Shown here: positions 53,501 through 64,000 of the stretch, piece after piece
Position numbering within the stretch: position 1 is the stretch's first letter
Layout: each line of letters starts with the position of its first letter
The notes under the pieces: generated by a model
The model's input: only the letters and a program-made list of their open reading frames with translations
Database searches by the model: none
What the model was told of the DNA's origin: nothing
Assembly: GCA_050084985.1 (NCBI GenBank)
Contig: JBITNC010000001.1
Coordinates: 146,630,001 to 146,694,000, forward strand
Direction of reading: 5' to 3'
DNA length: 64,000 nt
DNA from: Nageia nagi
Lineage: Eukaryota; Plantae; Pinophyta
Made by a program: the position numbers and the translations under genes

Positions 53501-55019
53501 AAATTGTTTATTTTATAAAAAAAGGAATTTTTTTTTTGAGATATATCTATTTTATTTACAAAAGATCCCTATTTTTTAATATATTATTATTTATTTTTAA
53601 TTTCAATAATTTTATTATTTTAATTTCATGTGATATATATATATATATATATATACACAAATTTTTAAATACTATCTATTTTTTATTAAAAAATATGTAC
53701 ATCATGTAGGAACATAGCCCTCAAGGCCTATGCCTTACATTACTTAGGTCATATACAGCTATAACCTAGGTGGGAGCATACGCCATACCAATAAGGGAAG
53801 TGACACCTGATCACTTGACTTCCCATAGGGAAAGTCATTTGAAGTCCACCTTAATGGTGAGATTTGGGATCTAGCTAGGGAAATCAATAGAAATAAAATT
53901 GGTTTCAATAGACATTAACTATCCTTCATCTCCAGCTCATTAAATCCTATGGTAAAATAGATATCTATAAAAGTGGGGGGCTTGGAAGCCTAGAATGTTG
54001 TAGATATTGATAGAATAACATTGATTGTACATAATTTGATTTTGTTATGGTTTGAATTATGAATCCCATATTCACTCAACCTTTTATCATGTTATCCTAT
54101 AATTGGACTTAGTAAATGAGGCCTTAGCTTAACCTCACTGGATAACCTAGTAAACATTCCTTAACATATAGATATATATTTTAAGGTGGTAAAAATGTAA
54201 AGTGTAGAAATAATCTTATACACCACTAAGTTATAAGAGATTCCCCTACTTTATGGTTGAAAGGGTTATTTGTACATGATAAAAGTATCTGCTAGAGAAA
54301 TGGGTTTCAAATCCTCTTTTTAGTTTGACCATAAAATCATAGCTACTCCTAATACACTTTTTTTATGATTGAGAGATCATTCTGTAAGCAATAATTGATC
54401 TTCAAAGATTTGTTTTTTAAAATGTGTTTAGGTGGGACGTGGATTTTAAATAATTTTTGTAGCCTTGTCTAGTTATTCATTGGAGATTCATCTCTCATAG
54501 GCTATATCATTGGATAATTATAAAATTTTATATATTAAATAATTATATAGCAATAAAAGGTTTTTTGGGACCCCTTTGAAAATCCACTATTCGAGTATTA
54601 TATATTAGAAAAAACCATATGGAATAATAATTATTTATACCAACTGGACCATAAAAATAAATAGAAGAATAAGCCTTTTTATATTGAGTTCTTCATAACA
54701 TTTTGCAAAAATAAAAATAAAAAAAAAATTAATATATTGATATCTTTTTTAAAATATTAATCATTTAATCAAATTCCATGTATTTATGTAAAACGAATAA
54801 TGTAATAAAATTTTGAAATATATACATATTGTTAATATACCTATTCAAAACTATTAAAAATAAAATATATATAAGGAATATAAATGTTATATTTTCTAAA
54901 AATTAATTATAATTAATAGTTACGTTTTGGTATAAATTTTTATTAGAACCTTGAAATAAATAAATTTTTAAAACTTTATTACAAAACTAAAATTAAAGAA
55001 GGTTTAAGAGAACTAGATG

Positions 55020-55300
55020 ACAGACGTGTCGAACACGTTATGTAAGGTGCCCGCCATAGTATTTGGCATCTAAAACGGTGGATATATCTCAACAGTTTTT
55101 TGAATACTTGCAGCGGATGATGGTATCACCTTTAGCACATCCAAGAAAGATTCTGTGGAAAGGAATGAAGCATATTCATAGCCGTTGTAAATTGGAGAAT
55201 ATAAAAAGTTTTGAAAATTCTGTCGGTTGAGACTACAAAAATCCATCCGTTGGCGATGAGAGGAGATGAGTCGTTTTGGAAAATCTGTCCGTTGTAGATC
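55020..55300. promoter_or_regulatory. MSA-like cluster, copy 5 (best preserved)
   Basis: CCGTTG at 55182, 55247 and 55289, CGGTTG at 55224, aaaacgg at ~55072, ACGTGTC at ~55024, gtgcccgcc at ~55048, TTTGAA at ~55099 and ~55210. Confidence 0.55.
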
Positions 55301-55412
55301 GGACAATATAATGAAGGGTTTCCTGTTATGAATGTGCCTTCTAATTCATGCTTTCTAACTAATCACTTTCTTTCTCTTTTCGCTTTCTATGTTTGTGCGA
55401 TTTGGAGAATAG

Positions 55413-55733
55413 AGCTGCTAGGAAGGTGAACCTTGCAGATCTGATAAGAAGAGAAGGCGACTGAACAAGAGAACACTTCAATTGCCGTCATATGTTTGCA
55501 TACCATGCCTACTGGAAAGTGTCTTGCGTTTCAAATATCCGTTTCATAGTAAAGCTGCTACGCTGGGAAGGAGAACTGTGACTGCATATTTATTGCATAT
55601 ATCTACGCATCATCAGACAAGAATCCCGTGGCTGTCTCTGAATATTAAAGGAAATTCTCTTAAGGTATTTTCATGTTTATTGGCTGCGATACTTAGTGTA
55701 ATACTGTACAGTTTGTTTCTGTGTAATTTATAG
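55413..55733 (+). pseudogene. Convergent deleted gene fragment (possibly F-box-derived), copy 5; equivalents at ~46478-46800 and ~62843-63165
   Basis: Preceded by a CTAAC branch-like motif (55355), a pyrimidine tract and TAG (55410-55412); aligns to 37905-38490 with ~30 bp and ~225 bp deletions. Confidence 0.3.
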
Positions 55734-56001
55734 CTTTTTAATTCCTTAAATTTTAGTTTCTCAAAATTTAAAGTATGAAAACTGTCAATAGCATATCATT
55801 CTTTGAATTTCAATAGTGTTTGGGTTGAAATGTTATTAGATTCAATATACTCACTTTGGATAGCAAGTGAAGGCAGATGTAAAGGACATATGTAGGTAGT
55901 GGGTGTACATAATAATTTTGTTAGGTTTCAGATTGCAACAACCCTAGTTTCCAGCTGTGTATAGAATGGCGATTCAAGGTAGTTGGGGTTTCTGAAGGTT
56001 T

Positions 56002-56471
56002 TGCACTCCAGCGTAACTGTTATGCACATCGTAGTGTAGGAGTGGAGGCCCAAGGTGGACTCATCCAAATGGAAGTTGGATTCCTCATCATCTCATGCCC
56101 GATGCTCATCCATACATGATCATATTTCTACATCTCTTCAACCGGATCTTAGAAATAATACTCTCCAAATGGGCTCACTTGTCCTGTGCTGACATTGCCC
56201 GAGGCATGTTAAGCAGTACAATGTAGACTAAGGTATCCTACAAGTTAGATGAGGGTAGATAATATCATCTTTCATCACGAAGTTGACCTTGCGCTTCATC
56301 TTGTTCGATATAACCTTGTAACTGCCCTTCCAACATGAAAAGCAGCATCGTCTTCCCAATGCCCTATGGTCCTAACAAGGCAAGAACCTCACCAGGGTAC
56401 ACTATTCTTGTAATACCATTATGTATAGTTTTCTCCATGGGCGCCGTTCATAGCTATTCGATATCCTAAAA
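56002..56471 (-). pseudogene. ABCG pseudo-exon, copy 5
   Basis: Same motifs and shared stops as copies 1, 4 and 6, plus a private ~15 bp deletion at ~56311. Confidence 0.88.
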
Positions 56472-58237
56472 CTGTCAACAAAAAAAAAACTTCAAAAACC
56501 TTGATACGAAACAGAAAATTAACGTAACTTATTGAGGATCTTAAGAACGCTTTTTCTTGGACCATAGTCCACATAACATTAGACATCATAGTTTATGTGT
56601 AGGTTATTTTATTTGGAAGTTTCAAATTTTTTATTTTTGAGTTTTAGATGTACGTGTAATATTTTTATATTTTGAGTAATCAGTTTTTTACCCGTTATAT
56701 TTTTCATTGATTATGTTATAATATTCATGCAATATTTATGATTATGTTAATTTGTCTATTAGATAAAATAACTAAATTTATATCAATTCTTCTGTTTGGT
56801 ATTTATTTGTTATCTTTAAATATACAAAATATTTGTATAAGTTATATATTTAGTTTTTGTAAATATCTACAATCAATGGTTAATAAGTTAAAAATATTTT
56901 CTAATTGTTATATGTATATTGTTATTTTTTGTTTTTGTGAGAGAGATTTTAGATATGCATATTATTAATTAAAAAGTATAATTATCGATACTGATACAAA
57001 TTTAAATATGTACATGATATTTTAACTTTTAATAAATTTATGTATGTAATGAATAACATCTAATTATTCAAATTATTATTTTTGTCAAAATATGTAAATC
57101 TTAACTATGTATTGCATATATTTATGTTTTACTTTTCTATACAAAAAAAGTTTGTAAAGGTTATTTAGCTCATGTTAGTTGTAAATATGATTTCTTTATA
57201 TTCTATTCCACCTTATCATAATTCACCTCCTCAAAGATGTGTGAATAACTTGGTCCCTTGGAAATAACATAAGTTCTTATCCTTGTACTTATTTTGATGC
57301 TTGATAGTTTTTTGCTTATTTGTGTGTGGGAGATTCTATCTGGTATGCATGGTCAACTTTTGTGTTGAGAACAACCTTCCCACATTGATTTCAAATAGGT
57401 ATGTGACATATTTTTTCACCTATAGCGAGCTTAGAAATATAACAAAAGGATTATTATGTCTTGTTGACATATACATTTTTCATATTCTTTACACTTGGGA
57501 TCCTCTTTGACTAATGATATGTAGGAAGAGATAGGCTAAGCATAAATACCTTATCATATTGATGTGTACTTTATTTGTAAAACATTTGTATCTTTGATCC
57601 TCTATCATACATAACATATGTGAAAGATAGGTTGAATGCGAGTAAACTTGTGTATATACATCCTTGGGCCTTAAGCATTTGAGGTCTTATTTTATAAAAA
57701 TTTTATAGCAATTGGTTTCTATAGTATAAATTACATTGGCATATTAACTTTTCATATTTGAGGTATCATTTTACACATGGAAAATATTAAGGACATCTTG
57801 AAATGTAAATTGTCATTATAGATTAGTGATTTTTTATCATGATGAGAATAAATATGTAGTTACACATGTAATTCTTTTCCTTTGAAGATCATTCTTTGAA
57901 CAATATGAAGGTAAAGAATATGGGAATTTATGAATGACTCCTTCTTTTTCATATGGGTCCATGAGGAATGTGCAATGCACATGTATGTATGAATGTTTTT
58001 TTTTTATCTAGTATCAATAGTTAGATATACCATGAAAAATTATATTTTGAGGTATGTCTAAAGAAATGTCTCATTTATAAAAAGAGGTGCATTATCTTTC
58101 TAAGGAATTATGATACATTTTATAAATTAAAATAAAAATACTAATAAATTATTGATTTTTCAAACTTAATAGAATTAACTTCTAATAGATAATAATTCTA
58201 AATTTTCTAAACTGATTCTTAGTTCTTCTAAAATTTT

Positions 58238-58248
58238 AATATATATAT

Positions 58249-58290
<42 letters not shown>

Positions 58291-58302
58291 TATTATATAT
58301 AT
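58238..58302. repeat. (TA)n microsatellite, interrupted
   Basis: Directly visible TA run at the position paralogous to 3551-3622. Confidence 0.95.
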
Positions 58303-61300
58303 AACATGAACTAAAAAACTTATGTAAATCACATAGAGAAAAAATGCTTTAGCTACAAATATAATGATAAACCTCTTAGCTATAAGATACGTCAAATTGT
58401 TAATAAGAGACTTATATAAGAATGCATAAATAAAAGGAGAAGAATTTTTTTCTCAAATTATAACATACAACTTTTCAAGTATCAACTCATTTTGTATAAT
58501 ATTACACCTAGCTCACTCATATCAAATGCATTCATAATTATGATTTTAAATTTGTATAAGAAGTTAGTAGAACTTATTATTTAGATATTACATCCAATAT
58601 ATAGATGAAATGATAATATATTTCATACTTAAGTTTTTTTCTTCCTATGGATAATCCATATATAGAAAGTTGAATAAGTTTTATTCATCTTCTTCATAGC
58701 TTTTACGTAGTATGATGTTCTCTTGAGAAGTCCTTGGGTCTTATTTTTCTTTATTACTGGATTACAACCTTTTCAATTTTTTTAAGTGGCATCTTGTAGG
58801 ATATTACCGTCACTAGTTCTTATTTGACTTTTTATTTGAACCCTCAACTTTATTTCTTTTTCTTTCCTTTATTTGAAAAAGAAACCATCAGATCTTTCCT
58901 TTTATATTCATGGATATTAATGTTATAAGTGATATTTTACTCCAACATTTTTTAGGCTTCAAATATTATGGATTAAGTGGTTTAATATTACTTTAGTTAT
59001 ATGAATAACCCATTAAAACTTTATATAAATTATTTACGTACATGATATCATGCTAGCTCATGTTCTCTCTAAATATAATGGATTTCTTATACCATATCAC
59101 CTAATTTAAATCTACCTTCTCAAGGACGTATGAATGCTTAATTACCCTTTGGTAGAATTTGTTTGGTACAGTTGATCAAGCTCTTGGGTGATGAGCAATT
59201 TCACACAATGCTTCTAGACAAGTCTATGATCAATTTCTTTGTCATTATCTAATTTGCTAATATTGCATGGAGGGTAATGTATCTTTTTGATGTATACTTT
59301 ATTTTCAAGTTATTCAGATCTAATATTCTTTTTAACTCATTATATACATGAAGAAATATGATAAGTAGAAATATTCTTATCCTATTGATTCATACGTTAT
59401 TTAAAAGTTATATATACCTAGGATATTCTCTTTCTAAATAGAATATAAAAAATTATAGGTTAAACAACAATAGTCTTAGAGTATGAAAGTCCTTGGGATT
59501 TTTGTATTTGAATTATGATTATGGATTAGGTAAATACATCATAGAAAAAAAAATCAATAAGCATATCAAGCAATTAATAATAATATAGATGTTAAGAAGC
59601 TATTGCTATATAGAAGCTATTGCTATATATACCCTATACATAATATAGTGCATATCTATTGCCTATGTCCTATATAAATAGATAAATATATTTGGTACAT
59701 AATAATACAACAAATTAGATAGGACCTATAAATTTAAATTTCAAGAAAGCATATCAAGAAATTAATAATGCATATTTTTCTAGAATTGATATTCATTTAA
59801 CCTAATATATAATAATATATACAAAAATTTATAATTAAATTAGGCCAAACCAATAACATTATTTAAATAAAATCTCTAGTAACTATCCACTTCAAACTTG
59901 AAACAATTTTGAATTTTTTATATGTGTATAAACTTGATAATTTTATAATCCTTAATATGATTGCAAATTTTTTTCTTGTAGAAGCAAATTGATTATATAA
60001 TGTGGATATTTTAAAAATAAAAAATAATTCATTATTTATAATTTTTTTTTTTTTTAGATTGAAGTAGTCTTGCCATTAGGCATAAACCTTTTCATGTCTT
60101 CTTTTAATTTCAAGCATTAAATGCTTATAAAATATCCTTATTGTATTGAATGAATATTGAGCTATCATAGGGTGTACCTTTAAGTTTTCTTTTATTTCTC
60201 CATTATTGTATCACAATTTTGATTGTATTGCCATTATTTGTAATATCTTTATTTCAAGTAATATAGTTCATATATTCACCTCTATTATTGGTGTTGATTT
60301 GATGAAAGATAGTTCTATTTACTTTCTTCATCTCTTGAATATTGATTTAGTTTGAGTTTACATTATAAACCTCAATATTTAGTATTAAGTATTTATATTA
60401 TATATTACATATTTAATATTCATACTTTAGGATATATTAAATAAGAGTGTAGAATAATAAAGTAGACATACTTATGTTATTATATGTTGAATAATATATT
60501 ATTTATTATTAAATACTATATTAGCTACATTGTTACATCTATTTCGAATTGAGTAAAACTAGGTGAGTTAGCTTTGAAATCCTTGTTGATGGTAGTGTGA
60601 TAGGCCTACATATGGCTATGTGTGGCATACCTAAGGTGGCTTTTGGAATATGTGTGGTGGTACATAGCATGAAAAAGGGCCTATTATAATAGTGGTGAAA
60701 CTGTTAACTTAGAGTTCATGATACACTCATCTCATGCTCTCTAAGTAGTACTTATAATAATGTAGGAGAAATTTCAAATTAAGTTATATTGGAAAATAAT
60801 CCATTTTTTCTTCATATAGATTACATAATTATTATGAAAAATATTATAATATTGGTTCTTTGTGAGTTGACCAATAGATATTTCCTTACATTACATTATA
60901 TTATTGATTGAATGAAATAAAGTGAAGGATATCTAATTGGGTTGTGAAAGTATTCAAAACATATAATGTATTATATATTGTGTTCAAAACTTATGGTTTA
61001 CTATCATTATTTTATTTTATAAAATTAGGGTTTTATATTATTATCTTTATTTTTTGATGTATTATTACTTCTATAATATTATTTTTTATTTTTATTTTGC
61101 ACCTTCAATTGGTATAAGAGCCTATGGTTGGCTAAGAGAAGAAAAAATCCAAGAACAAGAGTAACAAGGTAAGATAAATCCCAAATTTATTCTCCTTTGA
61201 TTTCTATAGTTTTTGTAATGAATTATGTATTTTAATATAAAAGAAATTTCTTTTATTTGTTGAAATTAATGTATAGGACTCCCTTTTCATTTTTTTTAGA

Positions 61301-62449
61301 GATCTCTATTTTATTTACAAAACATCCCTATTTTTTTAATATAGGGTTATTTATTTTTACTTTAAATAATTTTACTATTTAAATTTGATGTTATATATAT
61401 ATATATACATATATACATATTTTATATACCAAATTTTTGAATGTTATCTATTTTTTTATTAAAAAATATGTACATAATGTAGGAATATAGCCCTAGAGGT
61501 CTATGCCTTACACAACTTAGGTCACATAGGGGCATAACCTAGGTGGGGGCATACACCATAACAATAAGGGAAGTTAAACCAGATCACTCAACTTCCCATA
61601 GGGAGAGTCATTTGAAGTTCACCTTAAAGTGTAGAAATAATCTTATACACCACTAGGTTATAAGAGATTCCCCTACTTTATGGTTGAATGGTTTATTTGT
61701 ACAATGATAAAAGTATCTGTTAGAGAAATGGTTTTTAAATCCTCTTTTTAGTTTGACTATAAAATCATAGCTACTCCTAATACACTTTTTTTATGATTGA
61801 GAGATCATTCTGTAAGCAATAATTGATCTTCAAAGATTTTTTTTTTAAAATGTGTTTAGGTGGGACATGGATTTCAAATAGTTTTTGTAGCCTTGTCAAG
61901 TTATTCATTGGAGATTCATCTCTCATAGGCTATATCATTGGATAATTATAAAATTTTATATATTAAATAATTATATAGTAATAAAAAGTTTTTTGGGACC
62001 CCTTTGAAAATCCACTATTCGAGTATTATATATTAAAAAAAAACATATGGAATAATAATTATTTATACCAACTGGACCATAAAAATAAATAGAAGAATAA
62101 GTCTTTTTATATTGAATTCTTGATACCATTTTGCAAAAAAAAAATTAAAAAAAAATTTAATATATTGATAACTTTTTTTAAAATATTAATCATTAATCAA
62201 ATACTATGTATTTATGTAAAATGAATAATGCAATAAAATTTTGAAATATATACATATTGTTAATATACCTATTCAAAACTATTAAAAATAAAATATATAT
62301 AAGGAATATAAATGTTATATTTTTTAAAAAATAATTATAATTAGTAATTACGTTTTGGTATAAATTTTTATTAGAACCTTGAAATAAATAAATTTTTAAA
62401 AACTTTATTACAAAAACTCAAATTAAAGAAGGTTTAACAAAACTAGATG

Positions 62450-62730
62450 ACAGACGTGTCAAACACGTTATGTAAGGTGCCTGCCATAGTATTTGGCATC
62501 TAAAACTGTGGATATATCTCAACAGTTTTTTGAATACTTGCAACGGATGATGGTATCACCTTTAGCACATCCAAGAAAGATTCTATGGAAAGGAATGAAG
62601 CATATTCATAGCCGTTGGAAATTGGAGAATATAAGAAGTTTTGAAAATTCTGTCGGTTGAGACTACGAAAATCCATTCGTTGGCGATCAGAGGAGATGAG
62701 TCGGTTTGGAAAATCTGTCCGTTGTAGATC
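62450..62730. promoter_or_regulatory. MSA-like cluster, copy 6
   Basis: tagccgttgga at ~62609 (MSA consensus on the - strand), tccgttgta (62718), caacggat (62541) and ACGTGTC (~62454). Confidence 0.5.
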
Positions 62731-63435
62731 GGACAATATAATGAAGGGTTTTCCAGTTATGAATGTGCCTTCTAATTCATGCTTTCTAACTAATCACTTT
62801 CTTTCTCTTTTCTCTTCTATGTTTATGCGATTTGGAGAATAGAGCTGCTAGGAAGGTGAACCTTGCAGATCTGATAAGAAGAGAAGGCGACTGAACAAGA
62901 GAACACTTCAATTGCCATCATATGTTCTGCATACCATGCCTACTGGAAAGTGTCTTACATTTCAAATATCTATTTCATAGTAAAGCTGCTACGCTGGGAA
63001 GGAGAACTGTGACTGCATATTTATTGCATATATCTAGCGCATCATCAGACAAGAATCCCGTGGCTGTCTCTGAATATTAAAGGAAATTCTTTTAAGGTAT
63101 TTTCATGTTTATTGGCTGCGATACTTAGTGTAATACTGTACAATTTGTTTCTATGTAATTTATAACTTTTTAATTCCTTAAGATTTTAGTTTCTCAAAAT
63201 TTAAAGTATGAAAACTGTCAATAGCATATCATTCTTTGAATTTCAATAGTGTTTGGGTTGAAATGTTATTAGATTCAATATATTCATTTTGGATAGCAAG
63301 TGAAGGCAGATGTAAAGGACATATGTAGGTAGTGGGTGTACATAATAATTTTGTTAGGTTTCAGATTGCAACAACCCTAGTTTCTGGGTCGTGTATAGAA
63401 TGGCGATTCAAAGTAGTTGAGGTTTCTGAAGGTTT

Positions 63436-63921
63436 TGCACTCCAACGTAACTGTTATGCACATCGTAGTGTAGGATTCGAGGCCCAATATGGACTCATCC
63501 AAATGGAAGTTGGATTCCTCATCATCTCATGCCCGATGCTCATCCATACATGATCATATTTCTACATCTCTTCAACCAGATCTTAGAAATAATACTCTCC
63601 AAATGGGCTCACTTATCCTGTGCTGACATTGCCCGAGGCATGTTAAGCAGTACAATGTAGACTAAGGTATCCTGCAAGTTAGATGAGGGTAGATAGTATC
63701 ATCTTTCATCACGAAGTTGACCTTGCACTTCATCTTGTTCGATATAGAGTATCAAACCCGAAACCTTGTAACTGCCCTTCCAACATGAAAAGCAACATCG
63801 TCTTCCCAATGCCCTATGGTCCTAACACGACAAGAACCTCACTAAGGTACACTATTCCTATAATACCATTATGTATCATTTTCTCAATGGGCACCGTTCC
63901 TAGCTCTTCGATATCCTCAAA
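63436..63921 (-). pseudogene. ABCG pseudo-exon, copy 6
   Basis: Same ABCG motifs, GP*GIGKT and DK* stops; cag acceptor at 63922-63924. Confidence 0.88.
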
Positions 63922-64000
63922 CTGTCAACAAAAAAATAACTTCAAAAACCTTGATACGAAACAGAAAATTAACATAACTTATCCTACATTCGACCCTTTT

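Larger units (their letters stand above)
49352..59090 (+). repeat. Direct tandem duplication, unit B (~9.7 kb)
   Basis: Colinear with 40381-49355; longer because it retains ~56675-57468. Confidence 0.92.
53092..60775 (-). repeat. Amplicon monomer copy 5 (near complete, inverted, ~7.7 kb)
   Basis: Boundary motif gtaggagaaatttc at 53092 and 60762; reverse complement of 888-8760. Confidence 0.9.
60776..63982 (-). repeat. Amplicon monomer copy 6 (partial in window)
   Basis: Tandem continuation of copy 5; ~350 bp deletion at ~61627 relative to copies 4 and 5. Confidence 0.9.

Noticed and set aside
55492-55581. DVL/RTFL-like peptide (…NIRFIVKLLRWEGEL*)
   Set aside because: It lacks the KEQRARxYIxRRC core, has an ATG in frame only through a private 1-bp deletion in copy 5, and the frame differs in copy 3.
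418-57510. Numerous 60-95 aa ORFs rich in I/L/F/Y/N/K in the ORF track (e.g. 418, 13104, 35488, 41308, 50278, 56738)
   Set aside because: Their composition simply reflects AT-rich DNA and they show no motifs. Identical pairs arise from the recent tandem duplication rather than from conservation.

Overview
Very AT-rich, CpG-depleted plant nuclear DNA in which I found no intact host gene. The window is an ampliconic region built from a ~7.5-8 kb monomer. Two copies lie on the + strand (about 0.9-8.8 kb and 11.6-22.7 kb, plus partial copies). Three lie on the - strand (about 44.1-49.4, 53.1-60.8 and 60.8-64 kb). One older, CpG-eroded but structurally more complete copy of the core sits at 37.3-39.5 kb. 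The left and right halves therefore form a large inverted duplication. Each monomer carries a ~1.4 kb CpG-retaining core. The core has a cluster of MSA-like (AACGG/CCGTT) motifs, an intron-like 3' end and a deleted, possibly F-box-derived fragment on one strand. These converge on a pseudogenised ABCG (ABCG9/14/21/25-like) nucleotide-binding-domain exon on the other strand. A Ty1/copia retrotransposon (15964-20462) is inserted in the second ABCG copy and has lost its 5' LTR; its gag-pol ORF fragments all lie in one frame and are split by nonsense mutations. The rest is heavily decayed LTR-retrotransposon debris and microsatellites. The best candidate for a new system is the amplified cassette acting as a cell-cycle-driven antisense/siRNA source against an ABCG gene; that function is inference only.
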